In this document: positions 1-12,214 of the stretch, one piece after another
Layout: each line of letters starts with the position of its first letter
Position numbering within the stretch: the stretch's first letter is position 1
NCBI GenBank assembly: GCA_965235115.1
Contig: OZ249436.1
Location: forward strand, 5,582,001-5,646,000
DNA: 64,000 nucleotides
Direction of reading: 5' to 3'
Source: Laetmonice hystrix
Lineage: Eukaryota
The notes under the pieces: generated by a model
Databases searched by the model: none
The model's input: the letters and a program-made list of their open reading frames with translations, nothing else
Told to the model about the DNA's origin: nothing
Program-made: the position numbers and the translations under genes

Positions 1-3000
1 GACAGACATATCTTTGGAGGATCAAAGCATTGGAGAGAGATCAAATCTACAACCTCTATCAAATATAATTGAAACCTCAGCTATCGAGAGTGTTAGTACA
101 ACACATGTAGCAGTTGCTGGTATTACTGTGAATGATGCAGGTAAACCTCATTTTGTCTCATACCATTCTGGATCTTTACTGTAGTATTTCAAAGCTTGGA
201 ATAATTAGAAAGAATTTTTTTTTAACCCATATTGTAACACTTAATATTTCTTATTACAGTTGGGTTTGGTATTTGGGATGCTAAGTTTGGAATTCTCCAT
301 GATTGGAAAAAACTGCCACGGTCTTCTTCAGAACAGGTAGGTGAAGAAGGGAAAATGTCACTTGAAAGATTCTGTAAGAAAACAAGAATATATGCAGGCA
401 AGGGGTCGCACCCTCTATTCCCCCTGATAATAATGTTATTTTGGCACATGGCTTTGTGCTGTTCTCATCTAGCGTAAAATTGTTACAAGAATAATTTTAT
501 TTCAGCTAAGGCTGTTCAGCACTGAGAGCCACTTAGTTTTACTCTGTGGTGGAGTAATTTATGCAGCACCTTATACAGCAAAACCAGCAACACTAATAGC
601 AGCACTTGGCAAGTTTAGCACCACTGGCGATAGCCTTTCTAAAGTAAGTATTTTTTTCTGTTTGAAAAAAGCATTATCCTGTCGAAATTATGCTACCAAC
701 AAGAGAGCTGGCTTGAAAATCTCTTGTTGCGATTGATTGTTTGATTGATTGATCGATTGACCAGTTATTTACAGTTCACATAGATATTTGTAAGAAAGGA
801 CTTTATAAACTAGGTATGGTTAAACTAATAGTGTCTCATAAAAATGTGCTAGGTAGATACTACATGGTATATTCAAAAGCTTATGAGCTGGAAGTGTTCA
901 TCTTCCATGTTTGTGCAATATTTTGAGAGGAATGTTTTTTTCAGAATAAAACCTCAGACAACGTGCTGTCTACATTATTAGATGATCTTCATAAGGCTGG
1001 CAAGGTAAGAACATAATTTTGTAGGGAGGAACAACTGTTATACATTTTTATTTTCTGAATTTTGTTCTTTGCTTAAACATCAGCAACAGGTCTTCAGTCA
1101 TCGATTGTTTTGATAATGCGAAATGTCTTTTGAAAATTGCAGAAAGCTTCTCCTGAACTTTATCAAAAGACATTGCAGAGATTACAAGAATTACAAACCA
1201 AGAAGAATGAGTTTCCATTGGTGCAACATCAGGTGGCAGCATTTGTCAATAAATGCATTTCTGAGAGCAACCACTGGCCAGAGCAAGAACTTCACTACCT
1301 TATCAAGAAGAACATGGTTCCCCCAAGGTCAAATCATAATGCAATAATTTGTGTAATTTTTAATATTGAAAATTGATTTTCTTTTCAACTCTCATTACCT
1401 GTTTAAAAATATGAAGGAAATTAGTTTTACCAAATGCACTTGTAACAGCTCTATATTTTAGGTTGTAATCTCTAGGTTTGCCCAGAACTTGACTCCTTAC
1501 CTCCACAGATAGTGTGGCAAGCACGGGCCTGCTGACACATGGAGCCTTTTATTTATTTTGCCATAATTGTTTACCTTGCAGTCTTTCCATGGCAGTTGTT
1601 CACAGCCTGTGCTTGAAAAAAGACATACGACTTCTGCATGCTTGTCTTTTACATCTTAAAGAAATTCCAGAGGCTGCACTTGTAGAATGTCTTGGCTGCT
1701 TCCTTAGGTGAGTTTTCATTGTTAGAAAATCCTGAGGTTAGAGAATAACTTAAAGTTTTTATTTGTTCAAGCTTCTCTAAAAGTGTTGACCATAGATCTG
1801 TAGGCATCCTTGTGATTCACCAAAGAAGGGTAGGGGTTGGTCTTAATTGCCATCATCTCTGGAAGGGAGAATTGACCAGACCAGAAGCCGAGGGTTATTT
1901 ACTGGTAAATACTGACCGCTATTTTCATGTTTTAGTTCTCATGAATGTACCTACAATGGCATGAACGTCGAGGAGGAAGAATCAAGCACACCAGGCTTCT
2001 TCAGCAGACAGAAGGAAACTATAATGTATCCTTAGAGAATTCAGCAGACAGAAGGAAACTATAATGTATCCTTAGAGAATTCAGCAGACAGAAGGAAACT
2101 ATAATGTATCCTTAGAGAATTCAGCAGACAGAAGGAAACTATAATGTATCCTTAGAGAATTCAGCAGACAGAAGGAAACTATAATGTATCCTTAGAGAAT
2201 TCAGCAGACAGAAGGAAACTATAATGTATCCTTAGAGAATTCAGCAGACAGAAGGAATCTATAATGTATCCTTAGAGAATTCAGCAGACAGAAGGAAACT
2301 ATAATGTATCCTTAGAGAATTCAGCAGACAGAAGGAAACTATAATGTATCCTTAGAGAATTCAGCAGACAGAAGGAAACTATAATGTATCCTTAGAGAAT
2401 TCAGCAGACAGAAGGAAACTATAATGTATCCTTAGAGAATTCAGCAGACAGAAGGAAACTATAATGTATCCTTAGAGAATTCAGCAGACAGAAGGAAACT
2501 ATAATGTATCCTTAGAGAATTCAGCAGACAGAAGGAAACTATAATGTATCCTTAGAGAATTCAGCAGACAGAAGGAAACTATAATGTATCCTTAGAGAAT
2601 TTGGCAGACAGGATAGACTACTTGTAATCTTCTTCATGTAGGGTCCCTTATGTCAAATTGTATCATGAAAGAAAAGGTTATTGCCTTGTATTTTCCATGT
2701 TGTGAAAGATTTAAATAAATGTCTTATAGCAAGGAATATAATTTTGTCACTAGAAACGGACCACTTTTTGTCTGATGTATTGGTGTGTATAATCTTGACT
2801 CTGGGCTCAGTCAAAGTGTGTTGGCTCAACCATATAATGACGTCTTTCTTGTCGACTGCCTCAAAACATTGGAATTTTCATCAGCACTGGTAAGTACATT
2901 TGTCTGCAAACTGGTGGTCATGTTGTGGCTAGCCAGGACATTTTTTCATTCATGATTGACTGCGATAGTGGTGTAAGTTTACTCAAACAAATCGGGATGT

Positions 3001-3947
3001 AAGATATGGTCGGTAGTTGGCAATTAGAATATACACTGATTTTATTCACCCTACTACTGTTTCGCAGAGTTTGCTCGGTTACCTTCATCATGTACTGACC
3101 TGCAGTAGTGTCTCCAACAAAGAGGATCGACTATCCAAGACCTTGACTTCTCTCAAGGTAAACTTTCTGTGGTAGATCTTTGTTCCAGAAGTAGATCTCT
3201 CTTTGCAGAACTTAGATCCTACTGTAGTACATGTACTATAGTGATTTATGATCACTAATGGCCCAATTCACTTTGCAATTAGAAAATAAACTGATGATCA
3301 GCAAATGTTTCTGTCCAAGATTACCCTCAAACTATGAGGGATGTTCCAAAAGGAATGGCAATGGAGAGTCCATCTGAACTCTTTCAGATGGACTGATGGT
3401 TCTACAAATTTTCCTGCACATAAAATATTACCAATTCTGAAGACATGATTATTAATATTGCAGGTAGTTGAATGGTGCTCTATGCTACTAGATGCCCATT
3501 TCACCCAGATGGTACTGGCAACAGATGCAAGACAGATTTTGGTTGATCTTCACCAGGAGGTTGAACAGCAGGTATGCATGTATTCTTCATCAATATTAAA
3601 AGGGTCCAGTTATGAGGCGAGGTCGTCAAGAATGTTAAAACACTTGTACGAGATTATTTTTTGCCTGTTGCTTACTAATACAGCCGTAGTTGAAAGTTCA
3701 GTAGACGTTAGATATTATGGTACTTTCATGAAATGTGTCAGTAACTCACTGCAGATATTGCTTGTCCACATTCAGCATGAGAACTCAAAGGAGATATTAA
3801 ATGTCTGTGGGATCGTTATTACAGGTGGCCTACTGTGATGATCTCATCGGACTGCAGGCCATTTTGTCAGGGCTTAAAGAGAAGTGTGTACTACCAAAGA
3901 AACAGCACCCAGGCCTCTACAACATCCACGTTCTACATGTCCGTTAG
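1..3947 (+). CDS. NOL11: Nucleolar protein 11, 3' portion (5' end lies outside the window); 11 coding exons visible
   Basis: Phase-consistent GT-AG exons: <1-140, 260-336, 506-643, 945-1004, 1143-1327, 1582-1707, 1936-2025, 2811-2889, 3068-3157, 3464-3571, 3825-3947 (TAG). Peptides GIWDAKFGILH, ATLIAALGK, LKKDIRLLHACLLHLKEIPEAALVECLGCFL, VVEWCSMLLDAHFT and the C-terminal GLYNIHVLHVR match remembered NOL11 motifs ([46 protein letters not shown]). Confidence 0.88.
2001..2610 (+). repeat. 40-bp minisatellite, 15 near-identical copies, spanning the NOL11 exon end and U12 donor
   Basis: Unit TCAGCAGACAGAAGGAAACTATAAT|GTATCCTTAGAGAAT repeats at 2001, 2041 ... 2561, followed by a degenerate partial copy at 2601. 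Confidence 0.97.
2026..2810 (+). other. U12-type (minor spliceosome) GT-AG intron of NOL11
   Basis: 5' splice site GTATCCTT at 2026. Branch-like TCTTGAC at 2793-2799, about 10 nt before the AG at 2809-2810, with no polypyrimidine tract. Splicing joins ETI-I-QSVLAQPYNDVFL in frame (phase 2). Confidence 0.8.
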
Positions 3948-4457
3948 CTCTAGCTTTTTTAAAAACACAGGCAAAATATTACCAGATGTGAATGTGGAAC
4001 TGCATATGTTGTCATTGGGCAGAAAATATATGAATAAAAATATTACCTGTAATATATAATACACACTTACAGTTTGTATTTATTTTCATCTCTTACATAA
4101 AGAGGAAGAACAATGTAATACTTCAAATCATTACCAAGGATCCATCTTCCACCAAGTTTTCTCAGAAATTACGTCGCAGCCCATCAAATGGTCACCAAGT
4201 TGATTTTACACAAACATACCCAGTTCAATGTGAATCCCCTCCATTCTCTGTCCGTCATTTGAACAAGTTTAATACATAGGTGTACTTTCAATCCCCTTTG
4301 TATTACAATCAGCTGAAATTTCTTCAGTTCAACAATCCGTGGACCACTCGGGCGACAACATCACAGGCTTTTCATCTCCTAACAAAAACAGCCACCTGCA
4401 TACAATTTTGTATACATGATCTGTAAATTACCATATAGCATCCTAAAATTGTCTTCA

Positions 4458-5304
4458 TTACGGGGCAAGCTTGTCCAAGAAACTCTCAATTGCTGCATCA
4501 TCTTTTAAACCAACGAACTTATCAATAACTTTTCCGTCCTTCATGCCCAAGACTGTCGGAACCGCCTGTACCTGTTCAGAGAAGACAAATATATTGGCAT
4601 AAGTACTTGGTCGGATACATGCTTTTATTATTTTATCATGTTTGTTGGAAAATTACATGTATTTTAATAAATTATTTAATAAATTAAATTATTAATAAAT
4701 TATTATACAGGTATTTTGATAAATTACCTGTTTATATATTTTTTTAAACCTACCCCATGGCTCATTGCAAGATCCGCAAGATCATCAATATCAACCTTAG
4801 CCAGAATTAACTTTCCGTCTCTTTCAGCTATCATTGATTCGAGCCGAGGGCCAAGCAACTTGCAGGGTCCACACCACCTAAAAATAAATACAAACACATG
4901 GTACATTTTTGGAGTTGTAATGTACATGTGTGTCCAAAGAGTCTTTAAATTACTTGCAAGCTCTTTTATTCATATAAAAGTAATTTGGCCATTCACCAAC
5001 TTGTGCCCAACAGTTAGAATCTCTATAATGCTTTACTTGTATAGACTTACCCTGCATGGAAATCTATTACAACTGGAGTTTTGCTCTCCACTACCCTTGT
5101 TTTGAAGTCTGCTTCATCTTGGACATTGATGATGTTTTGGCTGAGGCATGCCACTGATGTGTGGATCGAAGCTGGCCTCAGCACAGGGGCCTGTAGTTGT
5201 TGCCTCTGGCATGCAGCCACCACTGATCTGTTCCAGCTGGGTACAGATGACTGGAGGGCAACTCCTAGCCGCAATAACCTTCGAGCAACGTGTCTTTGTG
5301 CCAT
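4458..5304 (-). CDS. TXN2: Mitochondrial thioredoxin (thioredoxin-2), 163 aa
   Basis: Exons 5304-5051, 4877-4754, 4571-4458 total 492 nt. Arg/Leu/Ser-rich transit peptide [13 protein letters not shown]..., then [45 protein letters not shown] and DKFVGLKD. Confidence 0.95.
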
Positions 5305-5780
5305 TGTTTCAATTCAATTCTGGAACATAAGAAAATTCCTTTACAAAGACTTGTGTAACATAAGAATTATTGACCAGAACAATTAATACGATCTTATGCT
5401 CTGAAGCCAATTTCTTTTTAGAGAAGCTCCAAAAGCAACCCCATAATGCCAGAGTTTCCTGCAGGCCTGTTTTTGAGGAGGCTCTGTTTTTCTCATTTGG
5501 CTTTTCAAAGCATGGCTCCTTGGCTTGGGCCTATCTATTTGTCAATGGCGTATGACAAGAACACATACATGCACTTTTAAATCAGATGTAGCATTCTAAA
5601 CAATAGGAAACCATAATTGTCTGAGAAAGGTGACTAGTTGATAGACAGTGCAGATCTATAATCATAGCACATCGATGATCGACCATAAAGATGGACCGCT
5701 GGCTTATCGCACAATCAATGGCAAATGTGAAGTACGAGACTGACTGAAGTTTAACTTTAACTATACTACTACTAGTCTTG

Positions 5781-5952
5781 CAGGGGCGGATCTAGAGTGT
5801 ATATTCAGGGGGGGGGGGGTCCAGCATAAAAAGGGCAAATCGAGGGGGGGTCCGTTGTAAAAACAATAAGGCATTTTGGTTATAAAAAAATTAATTTGGC
5901 AAATTTGAGGGAGGGTCTGGACGTCGCCGACACCCCCCTGGATCCACCACTG
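5781..5952. mobile_element. Short MITE with CAGGGGCGGATC-type termini (hAT/P-like). Related copies at ~24161-24484, 31503-31722, 32014-32452, 42305-42797, 51093-51430, 61860-62066
   Basis: CAGGGGCGGATCT ... GGATCCACCACTG inverted ends with poly-G/poly-C subterminal tracts. TSDs are mostly not clear. Confidence 0.6.
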
Positions 5953-5983
5953 CCTTGACGCTTGAGACAGTAAGGTAACGTTA

Positions 5984-6274
5984 GGCCATTTGAGACCTGT
6001 TGCACGAGCATGCGATCGCAGCAGTCAGGCCACTATGTTACCCACAGCATACACTCACGCACGGTCGTGCCATCGATCGCACGACCATCGTGCGACGGTC
6101 GTCCAACAGTCGTGCAATGGACTGCGATAATTTTGGTTGCACCAAGTCGCCTCTGAATTTTTGACATGTCAAAAACCCAGCCGCGACTGGTTGCGAAGGC
6201 TTGCGACCCTGCAACAGGTGCAGGACCCTTGCAGGTGGTCGGGAACTGGTCGTGCAATAATTGTGAAAGGGGCT
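5984..6274. mobile_element. Possible PIF/Harbinger-like MITE
   Basis: TTA-GGCC...TTGCACGA at the left end and TCGTGCAA...GGGGCT-TAA at the right end, with repeated internal CGAC/GTCG motifs. Confidence 0.4.
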
Positions 6275-6399
6275 TAACTCGAGTGTTTATGCCAAACTAC
6301 ATGTATTGGTCAGTTTTTTTACATCCATTCTTGTTGTCATCCCTACTACTAATTACTATTAGTATATACTATAATCCTGCACCAAGTTTTGGGAACTAA

Positions 6400-7200
6400 A
6401 AACTTAGTTTTTTCAACATCAGCGCATCAAAACCCTTTTCGTGACGTGGAATCTCTCAGTCAATTACTTAAGGAATGGTAGCAAATAAAACTAGAGACTG
6501 CAGGCTATTTATCAGTATAAAAATTACACCAGGTTGCTAAGTTATAATTTCTACAGAGGTGTTTGAAAAACGTAGAAGTTTCTCAAAAAGTCGCAAAACT
6601 CATGACCTTTCGAGATTCAAGCGTTTGTTACGCAAAATCTGTCGCGACGACCTGTACAAAAAAGTACCCAGAATTATTCCCCACATCGTAAGGTCTCCAT
6701 AGATATCTTTCTTTTAGCGAGATTCCTTATAGTTTTGTATACAGCAAGCTTTGTTTGGAAATTTAAAAGTTCCCAAAACTTTGATAATGACGTTAAATAT
6801 CACAATAGACAGCCAGGCTCCAATCTAAGCTGTGTAGGATCAGAGGCCTACAGTGATGTTTACGGAGGTATTATAATGCTATAATTTTCTGAGACTATCT
6901 ACTGACCTTCGAAGTCTCTGCTTCTGTAGTATTTTAATCCATCTTTTAATAAAACGAGAGCTAGACAGCAAAATAGTGCAGTCTACGTTAGTCGTCACGA
7001 CTGTGCCGCACGTCCTATCTATGACGTCACAGCCACAGTTGACTTAACGAGGCACGCACTGTCTTTTTGTCAGTGAAACATTGTAATATTATGTATCAAA
7101 ATACGTAGTTAACTATTCTATGATGTCACAAGTGACAATGAAAGCACAAACAGATCGAACCCAGGCTATAAAATTGTAGCCAATGCAGATTATGAGGACG
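6400..7200 (+). repeat. Segment A of a diverged inverted duplication (partner ~12455-13270)
   Basis: Long reverse-complement matches, e.g. CGCAAAATCTGTCGCGACGACCTGTACAAAAAAGTACCCAGAATTATTCCCCACATCGTAAGGTCTCCATAGA (~6631-6703) against ~12969-13041. Confidence 0.9.
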
Positions 7201-7416
7201 TTATCAAAGATTGTACTAGGATAAGGGTCATTCCATACCAAATCACCCAAAAACAGGAAATTTTCCCAGTTCAAATCATAGATTTTGATGAAATTTTACT
7301 CATAAAAACTTTGATCCAATTCATGGGGCCATGCAAAATTTTATTTTTGTACTCCAAATAGTTTTCGAGATATGAATTTTTAAATTGGTGACCCCTTGGA
7401 CCCTTTTCAGACTTAA

Positions 7417-8640
7417 AGGAGACATCTAAGAGTTTTGACGCGTTTTGTGACTAACAAATACTAAGCGAATACTAACCTAAATCTTGGCCAAAAGTGTCTA
7501 GACGCCTTCCTTAGGTCCATGTGCAACCACAACCATATCATAAACATGTTAAATTTCGTGTGTGAATGTTATTTTTTAACAAATAATACACGCCTCAACA
7601 GTCGCTTGCCATATGCATATTTCTAAAGGCCGCTGTCGGAATTCTGTAATGTGACGTCCTATACGCAACCTCACTTTGGTTCCGCAGCTTCAGCTGCATT
7701 GTTTACAGCACAGACCAACGAGATGAATAGAGCTCTAGACGCTATAATCTATCTCATTGGCCCTGACTAAGTTATAGTCTGTGGTAGCAGGCAGAGATAT
7801 GGTATGCTGTGTTGTTTATGGATGCTCAGCACAAGCCAAAAACCGTGTGGGATGAGTTTCCACCACACTGCGTGTGAGCGTCAATCAGCACGGGTCCCGA
7901 CTCCCGACCGACCGGTGACAGTAGTAGTAGACATGGTTCCGTTGATCATCCTAGATATCTCCGTCTCCGAGTGGGAATTCCGCAATCCCAATATGTGTAA
8001 CTTTTAGAACGTTTAAATACTATTTCCAGTATTTAGATTGTCAACTAAGAGGTACCGTACGCCTATGCTGGAAGGTACGTAGGCCTACCCAGACATCTCC
8101 GCCGGTTCCCTTCGCCGCCCGCACGGCACGGCACTGACAGTATCTCAGCTTCCCGGCGTCGAGGGCCCGAAGGCCCGGGCGAGTTAGTAGCCCAATAGCG
8201 GGCTTTCATTCTAGGTCCTGACAGCCCTGATCCTGTATCTCGTGCCGTATTCTGCTGGAAATGTCAAGGGATTACGGGCGATCGATTTCTACTGAAAATT
8301 GTATTGCAAATATTTCTGGGGAAGACCGCTTGGACCCCCCACCCCACCCCTTTACGTCCGTCGGAAGAGCTTTCAAACACCTCTGGCTCTGTCAAACTTA
8401 CTCCTCGTGCCCCATTTTTATTTACTCTCTCGAACAAGTAGGCTTGACAGGGTTGTTGCTGTCTTCAGACACGTTAAACATGTCAAACTTCTCTTCACGG
8501 TCGTGTCTAGCCTGTCTACTATAGGCTTAGCACGGCCTAGAAGCTACAGTGGGTTGCGTAAATTACGTCACGGCGGTCACGTGACTCAGCTCATTAAAAG
8601 TTGGCACCTTACCAAGTCGGAAAACTCTTAGATGTCTCCT
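7417..8640. mobile_element. Kolobok-like non-autonomous element nested in the left arm
   Basis: TIR AGGAGACATCTAAGAGTTTT and TTAA TSD. The mirror arm has the empty site GAAACTTAAGTCTG at ~11431-11444. Confidence 0.85.
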
Positions 8641-9389
8641 TTAAGTTTCGCTTATTTTTGTGCCGATTTTGAGGACCTATAACAGCACAATTATAAGAGT
8701 GAGCATTCCCATATTTCATTAACTTACTATCCGTGGTGGGTATTTGCAAAATACAAGACAACAGGTTCATCCTGGGAATATTTATCCTGTACGAGTGGTG
8801 CCAAAATGGCGTTTTGGTCAATTTTTACCTAAAATATTTAGCTGCGCAACAGGGTTTTTTCCATTTGAAAAGGCATATTTTCTTTAATTCTTTATAGATC
8901 TTCACAAAACTTTCAGGGAATGCTTACTGGCCATATTCCGATATAGTCATAGTCCAAAATGGTTCACTTATGCTAAAAAGTCCTAGTTCTTCGACCTTAA
9001 GCATAGTGATATCCGACTTTTTGGAGGAGATGGATATTTCTGAAAGTTTAAAGTGCTCTAGAAAAGTGAGTTTTTAATATTTTTATTTTAAATTTGGCTC
9101 ATGGATAGTCTATGGAGAGGTCCTTTAGGAAAATACATTACAAGTTTCGAACTTGGATTAGATTTTTAATGAAGTCCTATCAAAAATGGCAAAAAAAGGA
9201 AAAATATGGTATTGGGCCCCACATATAAAAAAATGTCACACAAAAGGGATTGAGAGTACAGTCTCCAAACTTTTTTTAAATAACAAGGACATACATGTGT
9301 ACAGTTGACAAAAAAATGAGTAATGTGCTAGCTTTCCTTCCAGTCTTTAATGTATGATGAATACAGCCATTTTTTTTACATTCGCACGT

Positions 9390-9893
9390 GGGTCATTCCA
9401 TGTTGAACCAATGGCAAAAAAGTTGATGTCTCCGAATTTCTTTAAATTTTAACCACATATTTGACAGCCATATTTGGCCACCTCTGCAAAATTGCTAAGC
9501 ATTTGCACGAAAAAAATTATTGAGCAACCAGAAATAGTAAAACTTATTTTCTTCCCATTTTCAGACAATTATGCTGCCAAGATCCTTTCATATATCTCTT
9601 CAATCTTTTGTGGGCTTATTCTACACCAAACTGTCTGTAAGCAGAGCAAATTTCAGCCTTCTAGATGTAAAAACCTTAAAGTTGCAGGTATTTCAAAACC
9701 TATTCAGAATTAGTGGTGCGCTTTTGTCGACAACCCCCTACCTCATATTTGGAGGCCCCAGAGACACAATTTTTATCTAAATGCTTAGCAATTTTGCAGA
9801 AGTGGCCAAATATAGCTGTCAAATATGTGGTTAAAATTTAAAGAAATTCGGAGACATCAACTTTTTTGCCATTGGTTCAACATGGAATGACCC
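9390..9893. mobile_element. Second GGGTCATTCC-terminus (Sola2-like) MITE at the centre of the host palindrome
   Basis: ~115-bp TIRs starting GGGTCATTCCATGTTGAACC. Flanks ACGT and ACCT, read as a 4-bp TSD with one mismatch. Confidence 0.75.
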
Positions 9894-10285
9894 ACCTGCG
9901 AATGTGAAAAAGATGGCTGTATTCATCATACATTAAAGACTGGAAGGAAAGTTAGCACATTACTGATTTCCTTGTCAACTGTACATATATATGTCCTTAT
10001 TATTTGAAAAAAGTTTGGAGACTGTGCTCTCAATCCCTTTTGTGTGACAATTTTTTCTATGTGGGGCCCAATACCATATTTTTCATTTTTTGCCATTTTT
10101 GATAGGACTTCATTAAAAATCTAATCCAAGTTCGAAACTTGTAATGTATTTTCCTAAAGGACCTCTCCAAAGACTATCCATGTGCCAAATTTAAAATAAA
10201 AATATTAAAAACTCACTTTCCTAGAGCACTTTAAACTTTCAGAAATATCCATCTCCTCCAAAAAGTCGGATATCACTATGCTTAA

Positions 10286-11079
10286 AGGGGTAACTTTTGT
10301 TAGGACCCTAACAACTGGAGCCCTGCTGGGTCTCCCATTAGACCTATTAGATAACCATCAAGTGTGCAGTAGTCACTGGCAGGAGCCCGCCCGCACGGTC
10401 CCCACTGTCTAGCATAAGGGGGGCCCTGTGTGGGGACATGACTGTATGTTGTGGTAGCCCTGCCTCCACATACACAAATGCGTCTGTATGTTTCGGGTTG
10501 GGAGAAAACACATTTGTCACAACTGAAGTACAATACGCATTTGCCCTAGGCCCTGAGCATTCTCAGAAAAAGTTTTAAAAATCAACTTAGATCCTATGCT
10601 TCCTAGAAGACATACATCACTTCCCAATGGCACTCCTTGGTTGTGTAAATCCTTTATGTGATGCATACTCAGTGACTGTGCCCGAGTTCCCCAAGTAACC
10701 TGGGTGGTAATCTCCCATCAGGGCCTCCTTGCAGCAAGTCCAGCAGTCACCGGGTGGAGGGTGGGCCGTAATGGCTACATAACCAGGGGGTGTAAAGCCG
10801 CAGGGGGAACAGCGACAACATTTGAATCTAACTGACGAAAGCGATGGAAAAATCTCTGGTAGTACCTTTTTTACCTGGCCATTTTTTTTCATATTAATAC
10901 AGACGTTTCTTAAGATGTTCATGAACAAATGTGACATAAAATTTTCGAAAGAACCTTCTTTGTTCCACTTATATTTGCGATATTTCAGTAAATTCAGGCG
11001 GAGCTCTTTCCTGGTTGACATCATTAGCACCCTACTGGTTCAAAGGCTGTTCCGCCCTATTTATACTCCAGCTCCCCCT
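10286..11079. mobile_element. Kolobok-like non-autonomous element nested in the right arm
   Basis: TTAA TSD and short imperfect TIRs AGGGGTAACT / AGCTCCCCCT. The mirror arm has the empty site CGACCTTAAGCATAG at ~8992-9006. Confidence 0.8.
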
Positions 11080-12214
11080 TTAAGGTCGAAGAACTAGGAC
11101 TTTTTAGCATAAGTGAACCATTTTGGACTATGATTATATAGGAATATGGCCAGTAAGCATTCCCTGAAAGTTTTGTGAAGATCTATGAAAAATTAAAGAA
11201 AATATGCCTTTTCAAATGGAAAAAACCCTGTAGCGCAGCTAAATATTTTAGGTAAAAATTGGCCAAAACGCCATTTTGGCACCACTCGTACAGAAAAAAT
11301 ATTCCCAGGATGAACCTGTTGTCTTGTATTTAGCATATACCCACCACGGATAGTAAGTTAATGAAATATGGGAATGCTCACTCTTATAATTCTGCTGTTA
11401 GAGGTCCTCAAAATCGGCACAAAAATAAGCGAAACTTAAGTCTGGAAAGGGTCCAAGGGGTGACCAACTTAAAAATTCATATCTCGAAAACTATTTGGAG
11501 TACAGAAATAAAATTTTGCATGGCCCCATGAATTGGATCAAAGTTTTTATGAGTAAAATTTCATCAAAATCTATGATTTGAACTGGGAGGCCCTGGGTGA
11601 CTTGGTATGGAATGACCCATAAGATATCCGACTCTCGCGATTTCTGACGTCAAAAATGAGCCAACGCGACAGTGGCGCCGCACGACGGCTAGTCGCCTTA
11701 ACTAAAACTCCCGTCATCAAAGCCTATGCCTGGGCCTACTAGATAATAGCCTTGCTGACAAGAAATAGAACAACGAAAAACGAACACAAGTAACTAAATA
11801 AATAAATTAAAAGAATACCTAACAGACCTATCAATTTATTCAGATGGAAAAGCAAAATTTCGTGGTCAAAACTAAGATTCACGCTTGGCCTTGGTTTAGC
11901 CTAAACTAGCCTAAACTTAGGCTAAAGCCGCCACGGGCCTAGCCCTAGCCTAGGTAGTCGGACTCGGATGGTGCCGTGGTGAGCAGAGCCAGAGAGCAGG
12001 GGCAGGGGTGTCAGAATCCATTCAAAATTGGGCGGGAGGGGGGGGGGGCAGGCTGATGCTCCCCTATTTCGTTAGGAGGGGAAAATGATATTCTGATCCC
12101 TCCGACAAATATTGGGAGGAGGCCCCCCCCCCTCCCCTCGGCCCCTGTTCTGAATCTCCTGCTGCAGTCGTGCAGAGGTGGAACTCAGTCGGTGACGAGC
12201 CATAGCCTAGCCCA

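Larger units (their letters stand above)
7225..11618. mobile_element. Palindromic (foldback) non-autonomous DNA transposon, Sola2-like, hosting three nested insertions
   Basis: Termini GGGTCATTCCATACCAA ... TTGGTATGGAATGACCC with a 4-bp TSD ATAA (7221-24, 11619-22). The empty site is present in the inverted duplicate at ~13357-13376. Arms are ~930 bp each once inserts are removed. GRG termini with a 4-bp TSD fit Sola2 as I recall it. Confidence 0.8.

Noticed and set aside
2001..2610. Regular short repeats suggesting a CRISPR array (also 44783-46115 and 49237-50457)
   Set aside because: Units are head-to-tail with no unique spacers, there are no cas genes, and the context is eukaryotic introns.
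6895..6960. Minus-strand AAG|GTCAGT as a TXN2 first-exon donor
   Set aside because: It lies inside repeat segment A, which is duplicated at ~12770. Stronger donors with promoter motifs exist at 14408 and 14516, though this site cannot be excluded without RNA data.
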